DNA from: Raillietiella orientalis | Lineage: Eukaryota | Length of the DNA: 64,000 nucleotides | Direction: 5' to 3' | Assembly (NCBI GenBank): GCA_036172245.1 | Contig: JAYWIR010000038.1 | Span: 1,054,001 to 1,118,000 of the forward strand | Shown: positions 23,442 through 33,802 of the stretch, in pieces | Layout: each line of letters starts with the position of its first letter | Position numbering within the stretch: the first letter of the stretch is position 1 | Position numbers and translations under genes: made by a program | Notes under the pieces: model-generated | Seen by the model: the letters and a program-made list of their open reading frames with translations, nothing else | Told to the model about the DNA's origin: nothing | The model's database searches: none

Positions 23442-26019
23442 CATGAGATTGGAGAATATGGAATATTGGGTGAGAGCATAAGCATGATTAGAGTTTACGT
23501 ATACAAGTGTATTGGTTTCATGTCAGTTATGCAATAAATGAGAGTGTGAATTCGTGAAATTTCATTCTGGTTACAGGGTCTGCAATTGAAGAATAAAATT
23601 CGGTTTGAGCTTTCGTGTAAGTGGCAAGTTATTATTCCCCTGTTTTTGTGTGATTAGCTTTTGAGATAAATTTCTGCATTTGAGCAGGGCTGCAAAATGA
23701 GTTAATCCATAGTTAATAGCCATTTGAGTGAACATTGAAGATGTGGAACACTGAAGGAACATTTAAGGGCGAACATTGCATAAATACTGTAATGATTGCA
23801 GCACACACAAACAGACCTGTTATAGTATTTTTGTCTCTGTGCACACTTTCAAGAACTTTAAGATTAAGAAACCAAGATATGGTAAAATCATTGTATGTTT
23901 TTAGTGTCTTATCAACAAGTGCTACAAGAAGTCGGTTTATCCAGTTTATTGTTCGCGGATTACTGTTCAGTCATAATAGAATGTCCAGTTACTCAACATG
24001 TGTACGCATCAGTTCCATATCTCTTTTCCATAAGCCAAACCATTATTAATTATAATTCGTGATTTTAAAAATCATTTCAAGACTTCTTTTTCCTAAATTC
24101 GTTCAGAAAATTATAAGAGTTGGTTTTCTCCAGCTGTTTTGATCAACCGGTCATCTTGCACTTTTAAGATTGTGATGGAACAGTGCACTGCTGCTTGTCA
24201 GTTGGAATGCATATTCCCGAGTGTAAATTTCCCCTAATTTGCCCAGTCTGTGTTCCTGCGAGTCACGTGGTTTGCAACCGAGAAGCAGACATTATTATCT
24301 GCCGGCTGACTCCTAACAGTATTTTGGTTTCCCTTCCTTGAGCTGAACACAGTTTAGCGTAGAGGTTGGCACTTGTTTGAAAACCACGTTTTGCGTCATC
24401 GCCGCTCCAAGGGTTGGTTGATCTCTTCATGGTTCAGGATTCCAGAAGCCGGCTCTGGTTGCAAAAACGTCTCTTCCTTTTCCATCGGTCAAGTTGACCC
24501 TATTCCAAGTGATGGGAGCAGCCATAGCAGCTCCTGAAACGAGAGCTTCCATTTTATCTAGGTTCCACTCGTTTGCGAAAGGAAGTATGTGTTCCAAATG
24601 GGTCTCCGAGTAGGGCTTCGCTTGTTCAAGAGTGTGAGCAGAGGGAGTGAAAGAGCTTTTTGGTACCCCGGCGTGCAAATGTGCTAGTGGGGATGTTTCA
24701 CACTGCAGTGGTGGCAGCAGCAGCAGCCGAAAGGTCAAAGGGGATTCTCTACGAGGACATGCAGCTATAGATTCCGAGCAAAGCGATGCACCAATTGGAA
24801 TGCCCAGAGAGCAAAGAACGAAATAGCATACAAATAGGCAAACCTTGCTAAATTTAATGCCAGTTATTCCCAGTATGAATCTATTTTTTTTTTCTTTTTT
24901 ATAAAAAAAAAGCTCTAGTATTATGCATGATCAATGTCTTCGTCACCTCGTCCTTCTGAGTAAAGTAGGCGAATCACATTTCCATTCACCTATTAGAAGA
25001 GTTCGAAAAGGAGGAAACTGAATTTCCTATGCGTTGGATGTCATGAAAACGAAGTTTCCAAACTCCAACTTCCAAGGCAGATTCGTTTACAACGTGGAAC
25101 GTGCACTGGAAGAAGACATTGCTACCAGGAAAGTAGCCCATAGCAACAGTTTGCCTGCTTCTCGAGTCAAGCCGGATAACCTGAAGAGCACTGTAAATTA
25201 ATATTGACGGGATACGTGGGGTGTCTCCTGGTGTTTATGGCAGCAGAATGTTGACAGTTAAGAACCAAAAAAGTGCATTGCGAGAGCCACGGGATTGTCC
25301 GGAGAGGACGCCAAGCCCAGCTCTTTGCGGTTATAGCAACATCACAGCAGGTTGAGAGTAGCGGACGAGATGTCAATGCAGTCACGATTTCTCATGAGAA
25401 TGAAGCAGCCCAAAATTGCAGACTTGGTTGATGCAAAAAGAAAAGAACTTCCAGGATATTAATTTAAGAGGGAGCATAGTATCGCATATTTATTCTCAAG
25501 AAAAACCACATCTGTGCTCTATATTTGCTTATCTCTCTTTATCTATCTCGAAAAGTATATCTGCGTGAATGTCTGCATCTTCACACGACCTGAATCAAGC
25601 GAATCGCCCCTCAAGAAGCTTCTTTATTCACGATCAGCACACCTGGCTTGTGGGATTCGGGGAGATGCTTTTAGCGTGTTTGTTCCCAAGGTGACTTCCC
25701 ACTCCTGTTCTCCCGGATCGGCATTTTTTGGAACGGCTTGGGATTTCTAGGGACCACTTTCGGTATCTCTGCGTTTTTACAACGATTCAGGAAATTCAGG
25801 ATGGGCCACAACTCATGGCGTTGCGTAAGCTGGATGGCTCCGCACCACAGTTTTGTTCATGTCATACCTACTGGGTCGATCCGATCGCAAGCTGATCATC
25901 AGTTTTGATGAATATGTGTGGAACTCGAAATCATCATGTGTTGCGGATTTAGAAATATGTTTGTGTGTGTGTGCGTTTTTTTTTTTTTTTAGTGTACGTA
26001 AATACTTGGGTGGCATTCC

Positions 26020-26090
26020 GCCCGCGTCGAAGGCCGTGTGATTACGGTGGTCTCTGCGTGTGGCACCATGCGTCGTGGGTTCGAATACTC
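26020..26090 (+). mobile_element. SINE tRNA-like head only (copy B)
   Basis: GCCCGCGTCGAAGGCCGTGTGATTACGGTGGTCTCTGCGTGTGGCACCATGCGTCGTGGGTTCGAATAC closely matches the heads at 28209 (+) and 27324 (-). Confidence 0.75.
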
Positions 26091-26094
26091 GTAG

Positions 26095-26415
26095 ATCCAT
26101 CCACCAACTCCATGATATGAGATGGAGGGTCCCCCCACGAAGGTGGAGGGACGGCTCCATTGGCACAACCGGAGGGAAATTCCGAAGGGAACCGACTCCT
26201 TGATTCTGATTCCTTGAGGACCCAAGAGGGTCTAATTCCAATTCCGGTCGGTCCACGGGGACATCAGACTTCTACCAATGCCGCCCCTGAATAGTCCAAC
26301 CAGAGTCATTTTTCGGGGGAACTCGAAACCCACAATTCACCCCCCATTTCTAGGCGTCTATCCTTCCCCGGGTGGCGTTCGAACCCGCAACTCGTGGTGC
26401 AGCCACACGGCCTCC
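26095..26415 (-). mobile_element. SINE copy C (head plus 5' body)
   Basis: The minus strand reads GCGGGTTCGAACGCCACCCGGGGAAGGATAGACGCCTAGAAATGG...GGACCCTCCATCTCATATCATGGAGTTGGTGGAT, matching copies A, G and H. Confidence 0.75.
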
Positions 26416-26429
26416 AAGGAGGACTGCTG

Positions 26430-27100
26430 TTCCATTCCGAGCTTGCGCATTGCTTTCGTGAAGAAGCGAATTCGGTCGGATCTGCCCTTTAGAGGATGCT
26501 TTGACCACCCTACACTTGATCTTCTCGTTTTGAGGTTCCGGAAAAAGTAATGGCGCAGAAGGACCACTTGCCGGTTGGGGCAGCAAGCAGACTCAGAACT
26601 CCGATGGAGGTGGTCCACCGGTTGCTGGGGTGTTCATCTTCCGTGGTGCGGGTTCGAGAAGCAGATAGCTTCTTTGCCCTCCCCTATCATTTGGAGGAGA
26701 TTAGGGATCAATTCGACGTATTCTGAGACGTCTACCATCCGGAGCGCTCTTGTCGCACGCAGCCTTCGCCTCAGAGACCGAGGTCAAGTGGCTGTAAACT
26801 GAGATAATCAGCGGATACCCTTCGAGGGTGTTCCCATGCCGAGGGGAGGAACTGTTCCTGGGAACGGGCGTCCGTGGATGCTTCCGCACAGAGTGTCAAG
26901 GGTGGGTCATTCGCCGTCCGCTCCTCGCTGTCTCCTGACCTCTCCAGCCTCCCGTCTCGCCCGAATCCGGCGGAGACGCCAACCGTTCTCATCCCAGCTC
27001 GGTCTTCCTTGCCTGAGGCGCTCTTCGGAAGCGGGAGACACGTTTTTTCGCCGGATGAGACCTGCGGCGCACGGCCTCTTCCACCTGAGAGCGAACAGGC
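26430..27100 (-). mobile_element. Decayed L1/Tx1-like ORF2 endonuclease-RT linker remnant
   Basis: Fragments SAWEHPRR and HYFFRNLKTRR...DRIRFFTK resemble the WE..K and YFF...K.R motifs of the L1/Tx1 linker. Heavily frameshifted. Confidence 0.3.
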
Positions 27101-27209
27101 GCCGGTGGCACCCTGAGATGCTACCGACCGCTCATCGGGGGCATCCGGTTTCAACCGCTACCAGTGCCACACCCAGATCAGTGGGGACCAACCAGCATCA
27201 TCTCGTGGG

Positions 27210-27324
27210 GTGAATTCGGAACCCACGATGCAATGCGTCGATTCAGTTCGGAGTATTCGAACCCGAGACGCTTGGTGGTGTCACGCTCGCAGACCACCGT
27301 AACCACACGGCCTCCGACGCGAGC
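27210..27324 (-). mobile_element. SINE tRNA-like head (copy D)
   Basis: The minus strand reads GCTCGCGTCGGAGGCCGTGTGGTTACGGTGGTCTGCGAGCGTGACACCACCAAGCGTCTCGGGTTCGAATACTC. Confidence 0.75.
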
Positions 27325-28208
27325 GAGTCAAAAAAAGAAAAGGGAGCCAAAAAAAAAAGGAAAAATAAGAGCCGGAGGGAGCACAGATGCTGCAGGCAGC
27401 GTTTAGGACACGAGGAGAAATAGCCAAACCTTAAAGACCGCAGCTCATCTCCTATTTTTGACAAATAGGGACTCCAGACAAAGTACCCTAGGAGATGAGA
27501 GCTCCAATAGTGAGATCGGGATCCAAGGCTGAGGAGGCACCTCGTGATGGTGCTTACGTGAGTTATTGGCAGCGAGCACGCAGGCGTCCTAGACAAGGGA
27601 TTCTGCATCCCTTCCTCATCTCCCAAACACTGTCCTTCCAGATCGATGAGGAACACTGACGGCACCAGAAAACGATTCGTGTTCATCTGAGGGATGGAAG
27701 CAAGCAGCTTTGCAAGAAGTCAGGTGCTTCCCCAATTCCCGGTAGAAAAATCGACCTTCTGGCCATGGCAGAATCGTGGAAGTTCCTGGCACTATTTGTT
27801 CCAGGAAACGACGGGTGGCGCGTTGCTCCCGAAGGGCCGCAAGAGAGCCACGTGGGGATGGTCTTTTGAGTACTGGAGAAGAAAAGTGGCGGCTCCCAAT
27901 GTTATCATCTCCGAAGGGTCCATCGATTGCTATGAAGCATCGGCAAGAAGAAACTTTGGAGAGGAATGACGTAAATTCAAAGATGGCGACCGGACCTGTC
28001 TCCATCTTTGACGTTCACGAAATTGAAGTGCACACCACTGTGAGCCAGCTTGCGCTGACAGGAGACGGGACCTGCCAACGTCTGCGCGGGCCACGGACAA
28101 TCTGATGGTAGCGGACGTCGATGAAGTTGCTGAAGGTCCGCCTCTCATCGGGATCACAGGCTTCTTTCCCTGATTTGGGGGCGCCGCCCTGACCTGAAAA
28201 TGCAGGAT

Positions 28209-29231
28209 GCCCGCGTCGGAGGCCTTGTGGTTAAGGCTTCCGCGTGTGGCACCATGCGTCGCGGGTTCGAATACTTCGGCAGAAACTCTGACGCCACTGC
28301 GTCGTCGAGTTCCGAGTTTCTCCTGCAATGGCGCTGGTGGGCCGAGACATTCGGGCGTGGCACCGGCGGTGGTTTGAGCCGGAGGCCCCCGATGAAGGCC
28401 GGAACAATGGGAGTCGACCTTCGTGTCCTCCCAGGAATCAAGGAATGGGGAGTTCTCCCTCCTGTCGTGCAACGGAGAGCGGACCCCCCCTTCACCGGGG
28501 GACCCTCCGAGTCGTCGCCTCTTCACAGAGTGCACAAGGAAGCAAGCGAGAGCGATTCCCTGCGGGAAGCTGCAGAGCCCCTTCTGAGTTTCGGAAGCGT
28601 CCCTTAGGGGTTCTCTTCAGAGGAGTGAACAGGAGCGGTTCCCTTGTGGGTTCCCTCCGGGGAGGAAATTCCTAGAAGCGGATGCTTTCCGGGTTCCCTT
28701 CGGAGAAGTTGAAATGAAGTTGAAATGGAGAGGACAGCCCCTCCCCATTGGTGGGGGGGTGTCCCTCCGGAGAGAATGAGGAAGGAGATTCCCTTCGGGG
28801 TTCCCCTTCGGAGACAACCAGGGTGGGAGGTGCGATCCCCCCCGTCCGGGGGGATCCCTCCCCAAGCGTGAGAGGAACGGACTCCGAGCCCTTCCTGGAT
28901 TCATAGGGCGGACCCCTATCCCGGGGTGCCCCCTATCCTGAAGAATTACACGTCCCCCTGCGGGTTGCCGCGGGCGGAGGGGCGTGGAAACAAAATAGTG
29001 TGTTTAATGTTTAAAAAAAGAGCCACGTGCGCCGCGAGGCGACCGGCTCCGAGGTACTTAGAGAACCAAAAAAAAGAAAACTCTTAAAAAAAAAAAAAAA
29101 AAAACTGAAAGAAAGCGAATAAGAACAGCAAAGTCAGAAGAAAAAGAAGAACCCAAGGATTTCCATCGTCCTAGGCCAATAGTAACGATCTCCTCGTGGA
29201 GGTCGCTACGGGCCTTATAAAAAAAAAAAAA
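28209..29231 (+). mobile_element. Apparently full-length tRNA-headed SINE (copy E, ~1.0 kb) with poly(A) and TSD
   Basis: The head has A-box-like AGGCCTTGTGG and B box GGTTCGAAT, and the body is shared with copies A, G and H. Terminal hairpin at 29182-29209; poly(A) at 29219-29231. TSD AAAATGCAGGAT at 28197-28208 and 29228-29239. Confidence 0.8.
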
Positions 29232-29869
29232 TGCAGGATGCGAGGAGTTAGCCATCCCGTCATGCTCCTCGACACCCCCCACTGTCGGCTCGCGTCGGCG
29301 GCGCCATGAGGCTGCTGCGGCCTCGGTGCGCTAGGCGGAGCATCTCGGCGTCGAAATGACAGTGCCACTGGCAGCCTCGAGGACAGAGGAAAGCGCGAAG
29401 AACGCAGGAAACCGCAAGAAGCTCAAACCCTCCAGAGAGCTGAGAGCTGGACCGGCATGTGTTGCGGTCAAGCGGCCTGGGGGGAAACGTGAGAGATTTT
29501 CCGGGTCCAGGAAGGCTTAGCCGGCGTGGATGGTCCTCCTCGATTGGTTTGGTCCTCCTGAAAAGCAGACGGACCAGTCACGTCTCAGGAGAGGGAGGAA
29601 GCACCTGGAAGCTGACGACAGTTCCAGGTTTCTAAAACATGGTCACACTGATCTTCGACCTCCTCTCACTGAAGCAGCATAGGTGTGGAGGAGGCATCGA
29701 AGAGACCGCTCTCCTTTTCCATCTCCCGAGGATACTGAGCGGTAGACCTCTACTTTAGACTCTGCATGGAAAGGAACGCCTCGCAGAGAGCCGTCACTGT
29801 GATCAGAAGAACGCGCTGGATGGCAACCACAGAAGAGCCACTCTTGCGAGCGTCCCAGACGTTTTGCTG

Positions 29870-32000
29870 TTCCCTTCTTGAACGACTTTCTTGAGGGAAT
29901 AGCGAGGCGATTTTTCGGCGGAGGGTCGCGCTCCTCTCCCTGGACCCACGTACATTGGCCTACTGGTGGCGATGGCGTCCTCAACCTGAGAGCAACAGGG
30001 TGGTCCCACAACCTGTGCCAGAAGAGACTGCAAGGTGCGACGAGGCTGTGTCCGGCAGCGTCGAGCGAATGGAAGCAATCAACAAACGCATCCCTCCAAT
30101 TCTCGCGAAGAGGGGAAAAAAAGGGAACCGATGAACCACGTGGACGCAACACACTGCTGAAGGAGGAGGAGTTGTTGCTTCCTGTGTAGAATAATCACGG
30201 GAGACAAAATACGGTTCTTTGCGACAACGAGGATGAGGGAGGGCTTTTAATGGTCCTTGGGAGGAAAATGCGTTCTGAGTGGAGCCGCATGGACTGGGAT
30301 GGCATTGGAAGAGCCCCGGGGAACTCTGAGCTACACACTCTCGGGGCAACCACCAGCAATCGGGAGCGGTGCACACCGCTGGAGGACAAGGCGGCTCTCG
30401 GAAGGGTCCAGAATGGGAGGAAAACGAGCTTTCATTTGGTGCCTGGAGACGATCCTCGGCCTCGTGCACCGGCAAGAGAGCGAGGAAAATCAAGAGGGCT
30501 CGGAACAGGGTGCACTTGTCTACTTCCCTACTCAGCCCTCTTCTATTCCACCTGTCCCCCTTTCCTACTTTTCTTGCATTTCTCTTCGTCTTTTCCTCTC
30601 CCTCTTTCTTTCCTCCTCTTCTTTTTCCATTTCCTTCCTTCTTCTCCTCTTTTCTTCATCCTCTTCCCTTCGTCCATCTCTTCCTCCTTTCCTCTTACTC
30701 TTCCCTTCCTCCTCCTCCTCCTTTCTTCCTTCTCCTTTGCCTCCATTCCTCTTCCTCTTCCCTTCCTCCAGCTCCTCTTCCTCCCTCTCTGTCCTTTTGA
30801 TGGTGCCCAACCACACTGCCACTTCTTCCTCAAAACTCCTTCCGAAACAGCAAGCACCCAAAGGCCCGAGGCCGTCAAAGACAAAGTGAGGGTATTTCGT
30901 TTTTTGACTCCCAACCTCGAAAAGCCCATCGAAAGGCCCTGATCGGGCTGGGTTAGGAGGGCTGGGCCCTGGGCTGCTGGACCTGGGGGCATTCCCGCCT
31001 GCTGCCTCCCATCGCGACCTGCATCGAGGGGAGGATGGAAGCGAAACCCCTCGTGCGACGCAGGTTGCTGCGTCCCACCTGTTCGTCCTGTCCCACCTGG
31101 TGGCATCCGGCGCGGAAGACGTGGGCCATCCACGAGAGCGGTGGAGGCGTCCAGGAGAAACCGGGGAGGGTCTTCGCGGGTGGACGTTCTCCCACAGCCA
31201 GATCGCGCCGTCGTCCCATAAGGGGACCGAAAATTCTATCGCGGCGACGGCGCAGTACCGCCGGCCGGGAGAGAGGACGTTCCCCCGTTTCCAGGGTTAC
31301 CGCTGACATCGGGACCGCGTGAGTGGAAATCGATGCACCCGGATGAGCTCGCCGGGGACCTACGACGGCGGGAAAAGGGAACTTGGTGTCCCGCCGTCCT
31401 TTCCAGCGGCCGGGAAGACCATGCCAGAGCTCCGAAGGGCGGGGCCGGGCGCACGGAGGGCTGCGCTCTCGCCGGGGGTGGTAGGGACAGTTCCGATGTG
31501 GTGCTCCTCAGGAGGGCCGCGGGAAGGGAAGAACCGCCTTCTCGGGCAGGGCTGAGGAGGGAGCAGGCAGACGACACCGGTGGAAACCACCACGGCGCCG
31601 CCTGCCTAGGGGTAGCAGGGGGTGGCGGGAGGACGCGCTTCGGAGGGTTCCAGGGGCAGCTTCAGCCCTCCGCCGATTTGTGGAGCAGCTTTTCCAAGCA
31701 GTTCCTTGCTGCAGCGGCTTGGAAAGGTCACGCGGGTCACGCAGGTAGCGAGGTCTCGGAGGGACAGAGAGGGAGGGGACGTAGCCCGGCAAGAGAACCC
31801 GACGTGCGCCTTTCCCGCTAGGGATCCTCTTTCTCACCTTTCTCCGGTGGCGAGTTGCTTCTCGGCCGGAAGATGGCGCCAACCTCTTGGGAATGCCGAG
31901 GGCTGGTGGAAGAGCGGGGTCATCCTATCCGGGTGGAAGCGACAGGGAGCGATCTGGCGCATGAGAGGTTGGGGAGGAGGGAGGGAAGACGGAGGAGAAT
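29870..32000 (+). mobile_element. Decayed L1/Tx1-like ORF2 post-RT remnants, interrupted by a CT-rich tract
   Basis: ARRFFGGGSRSSPWTHVHWPTGGDGVLNLR (FFW.G...W...P..GGLG..NL-like), SFSKQFLAAAAWK and PLGN...SGWKRQG occur in the order expected for L1/Tx1 ORF2. Degenerate. Confidence 0.35.
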
Positions 32001-33802
32001 TTCACCCCCTCCGGACCCCGCACAAGTGGGGACTGCCGACCCAGGAAAGATCCCTCAGGTTTGCCGCCTGAGATCTGGCATCCCTCACGCGTCCTGGATC
32101 ATGGAGTGAGAAGGGCCAGTGCAGGATCAGCTGCTGAGGGGGGTTCATTCCGGTAGGTCCTTTGTCAAGAAGAAACACAGGGGTGGGGGTGGGGGTCGAG
32201 AAGTGAGGAGGGGCCGAAAAGGGAAGAGTCCTTCTAGTCGAAGGTCACGAGCATCCCGTGGACCAAGAAGCTCGGGGTCACTGGCACTCCTGGCTAAGAC
32301 GGGTTCCTTCGTTCCATCGTGGTCGCTTCCCGGAGCAACTTGTGCGCTGCGGCCTGGCTCTGGCCGTCGGCCCCACGCAGCAGTTCGCTGTCTTGCTTGC
32401 CCTCTCCCCCGCAGCGTCCCCCCTGGACCCTCTTGAGAGTCGGCAGGCCTTGGAACCACAAGGGAGCCTCTCGTTCCGGCCCACGGGATCAAGTGGGCAC
32501 GGGGTTTTCGAAGCGGGCCGCACCGTGCGATTCAGGGAACCCTGTGCCCCGCTCCCTTCGGAACGCGAGGGTCAGGCGGCGCCGGGGATCGCACTGGATG
32601 GGCCTCCCTGCGCAGTCGTGAGGAAGGCTTCGGTTGTGAGGAAGGAATGATGACGTCAGCGCTCCAGGGAGGCCGCCACCGCCTCGGTTGCTGAGGACGC
32701 CCGCGCTCCTTCGGACGAGTCCGCGGACTCCCAGCCGGCCGAGCCCCGGTCGGGTCCAGCAGGAAAGGAGAGAAGAAGGGGGAGGACAGAGAGGTCAGGA
32801 ATGCGGTCCAGCTGGCGCAGCATTCCGGAGGAATCCGCTTCCTTCCTTCCTCTTTCGGTCGCCCGCGTACGGGGACCACGGTCGGAGGCCCCTCTTTCCT
32901 GGGGCACCCGGAGCAGCCTCAGAAAGGCGATTCCGGCGGGCATTAGGGGGCGCTGAGCTGCTCCTCCATTTACTTCCCCCCTCCTGCTTCGCATCCACCT
33001 TCTCCGTGCTGCTGACCAAGGAGCAAGGAAGGATGATGGGGTCATGCGAGGTCGCCTCGAAGCATCACGCAGGAGGAGGATGCTCTCCAGTTTCCCGGAC
33101 AACGACCGCGAGGAGTGTGGAAAACGTGGCGTCGCAGGAAGGCGGGAGGGAAGAGGGAGGGAGGGTGAGGACATTCGACCCAGAGATCCCGGAAGCCCTC
33201 GGAAGAAAATACCCCTCCCACTCCGACACCTCCCTCCTTAGGGGGGGAGAGCGCGGTCGCCACTTGGCGCCGCGGCGACCCCAGATAGGGAGCTTGAGCG
33301 CCGTCTGCTTCCTGGTCTCCAGCTGGTCCAAGAGTATGGGATATCGGCCTTTTGGTGGCAAGTGAGCCTGAAGCACACGGAGGACTGGTTGCTACGAAAC
33401 TGGGGCTCTCTTCCCCCTCCCCCTCCCTCCTGCCATACAAGAGAGCTTGAGGGCTTATCAGGGAAGATTCAGAAGATCCATCTCCAGTTCTCCCAGGACT
33501 TTTTTTTTTTTTTCTCAAGGAAGGGGGGGGGAACAGGGAGACACCCATCTTCGAAGCCGCCCCTCTGCTCATCGGGTGATCTCTCTTATAGGGCTTCCCC
33601 TTCCCTGCCTGCCTCTCCTCCAAGGAGGACCGGTATCTGGGACGAGGGCAGCGGATCGCCTGCGTAAGGAGGGAGTTCTCGGCGATGTCGCCGTTAGGAG
33701 GCGGCCGTCTCCGCTCCAGCAGCATCCTCTCGAAAGGAGCGGGAAGCACCGGTCTCTCTCCCCCCCCGCCCTCGGCTGCTACGCCGTTCCGTTCACCTCG
33801 TT

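Noticed and set aside
28209..28285. Functional tRNA genes at the GGTTCGAAT motifs
   Set aside because: No complete cloverleaf, acceptor stem or terminator; the motifs continue into a shared repeat body, so they are SINE heads.
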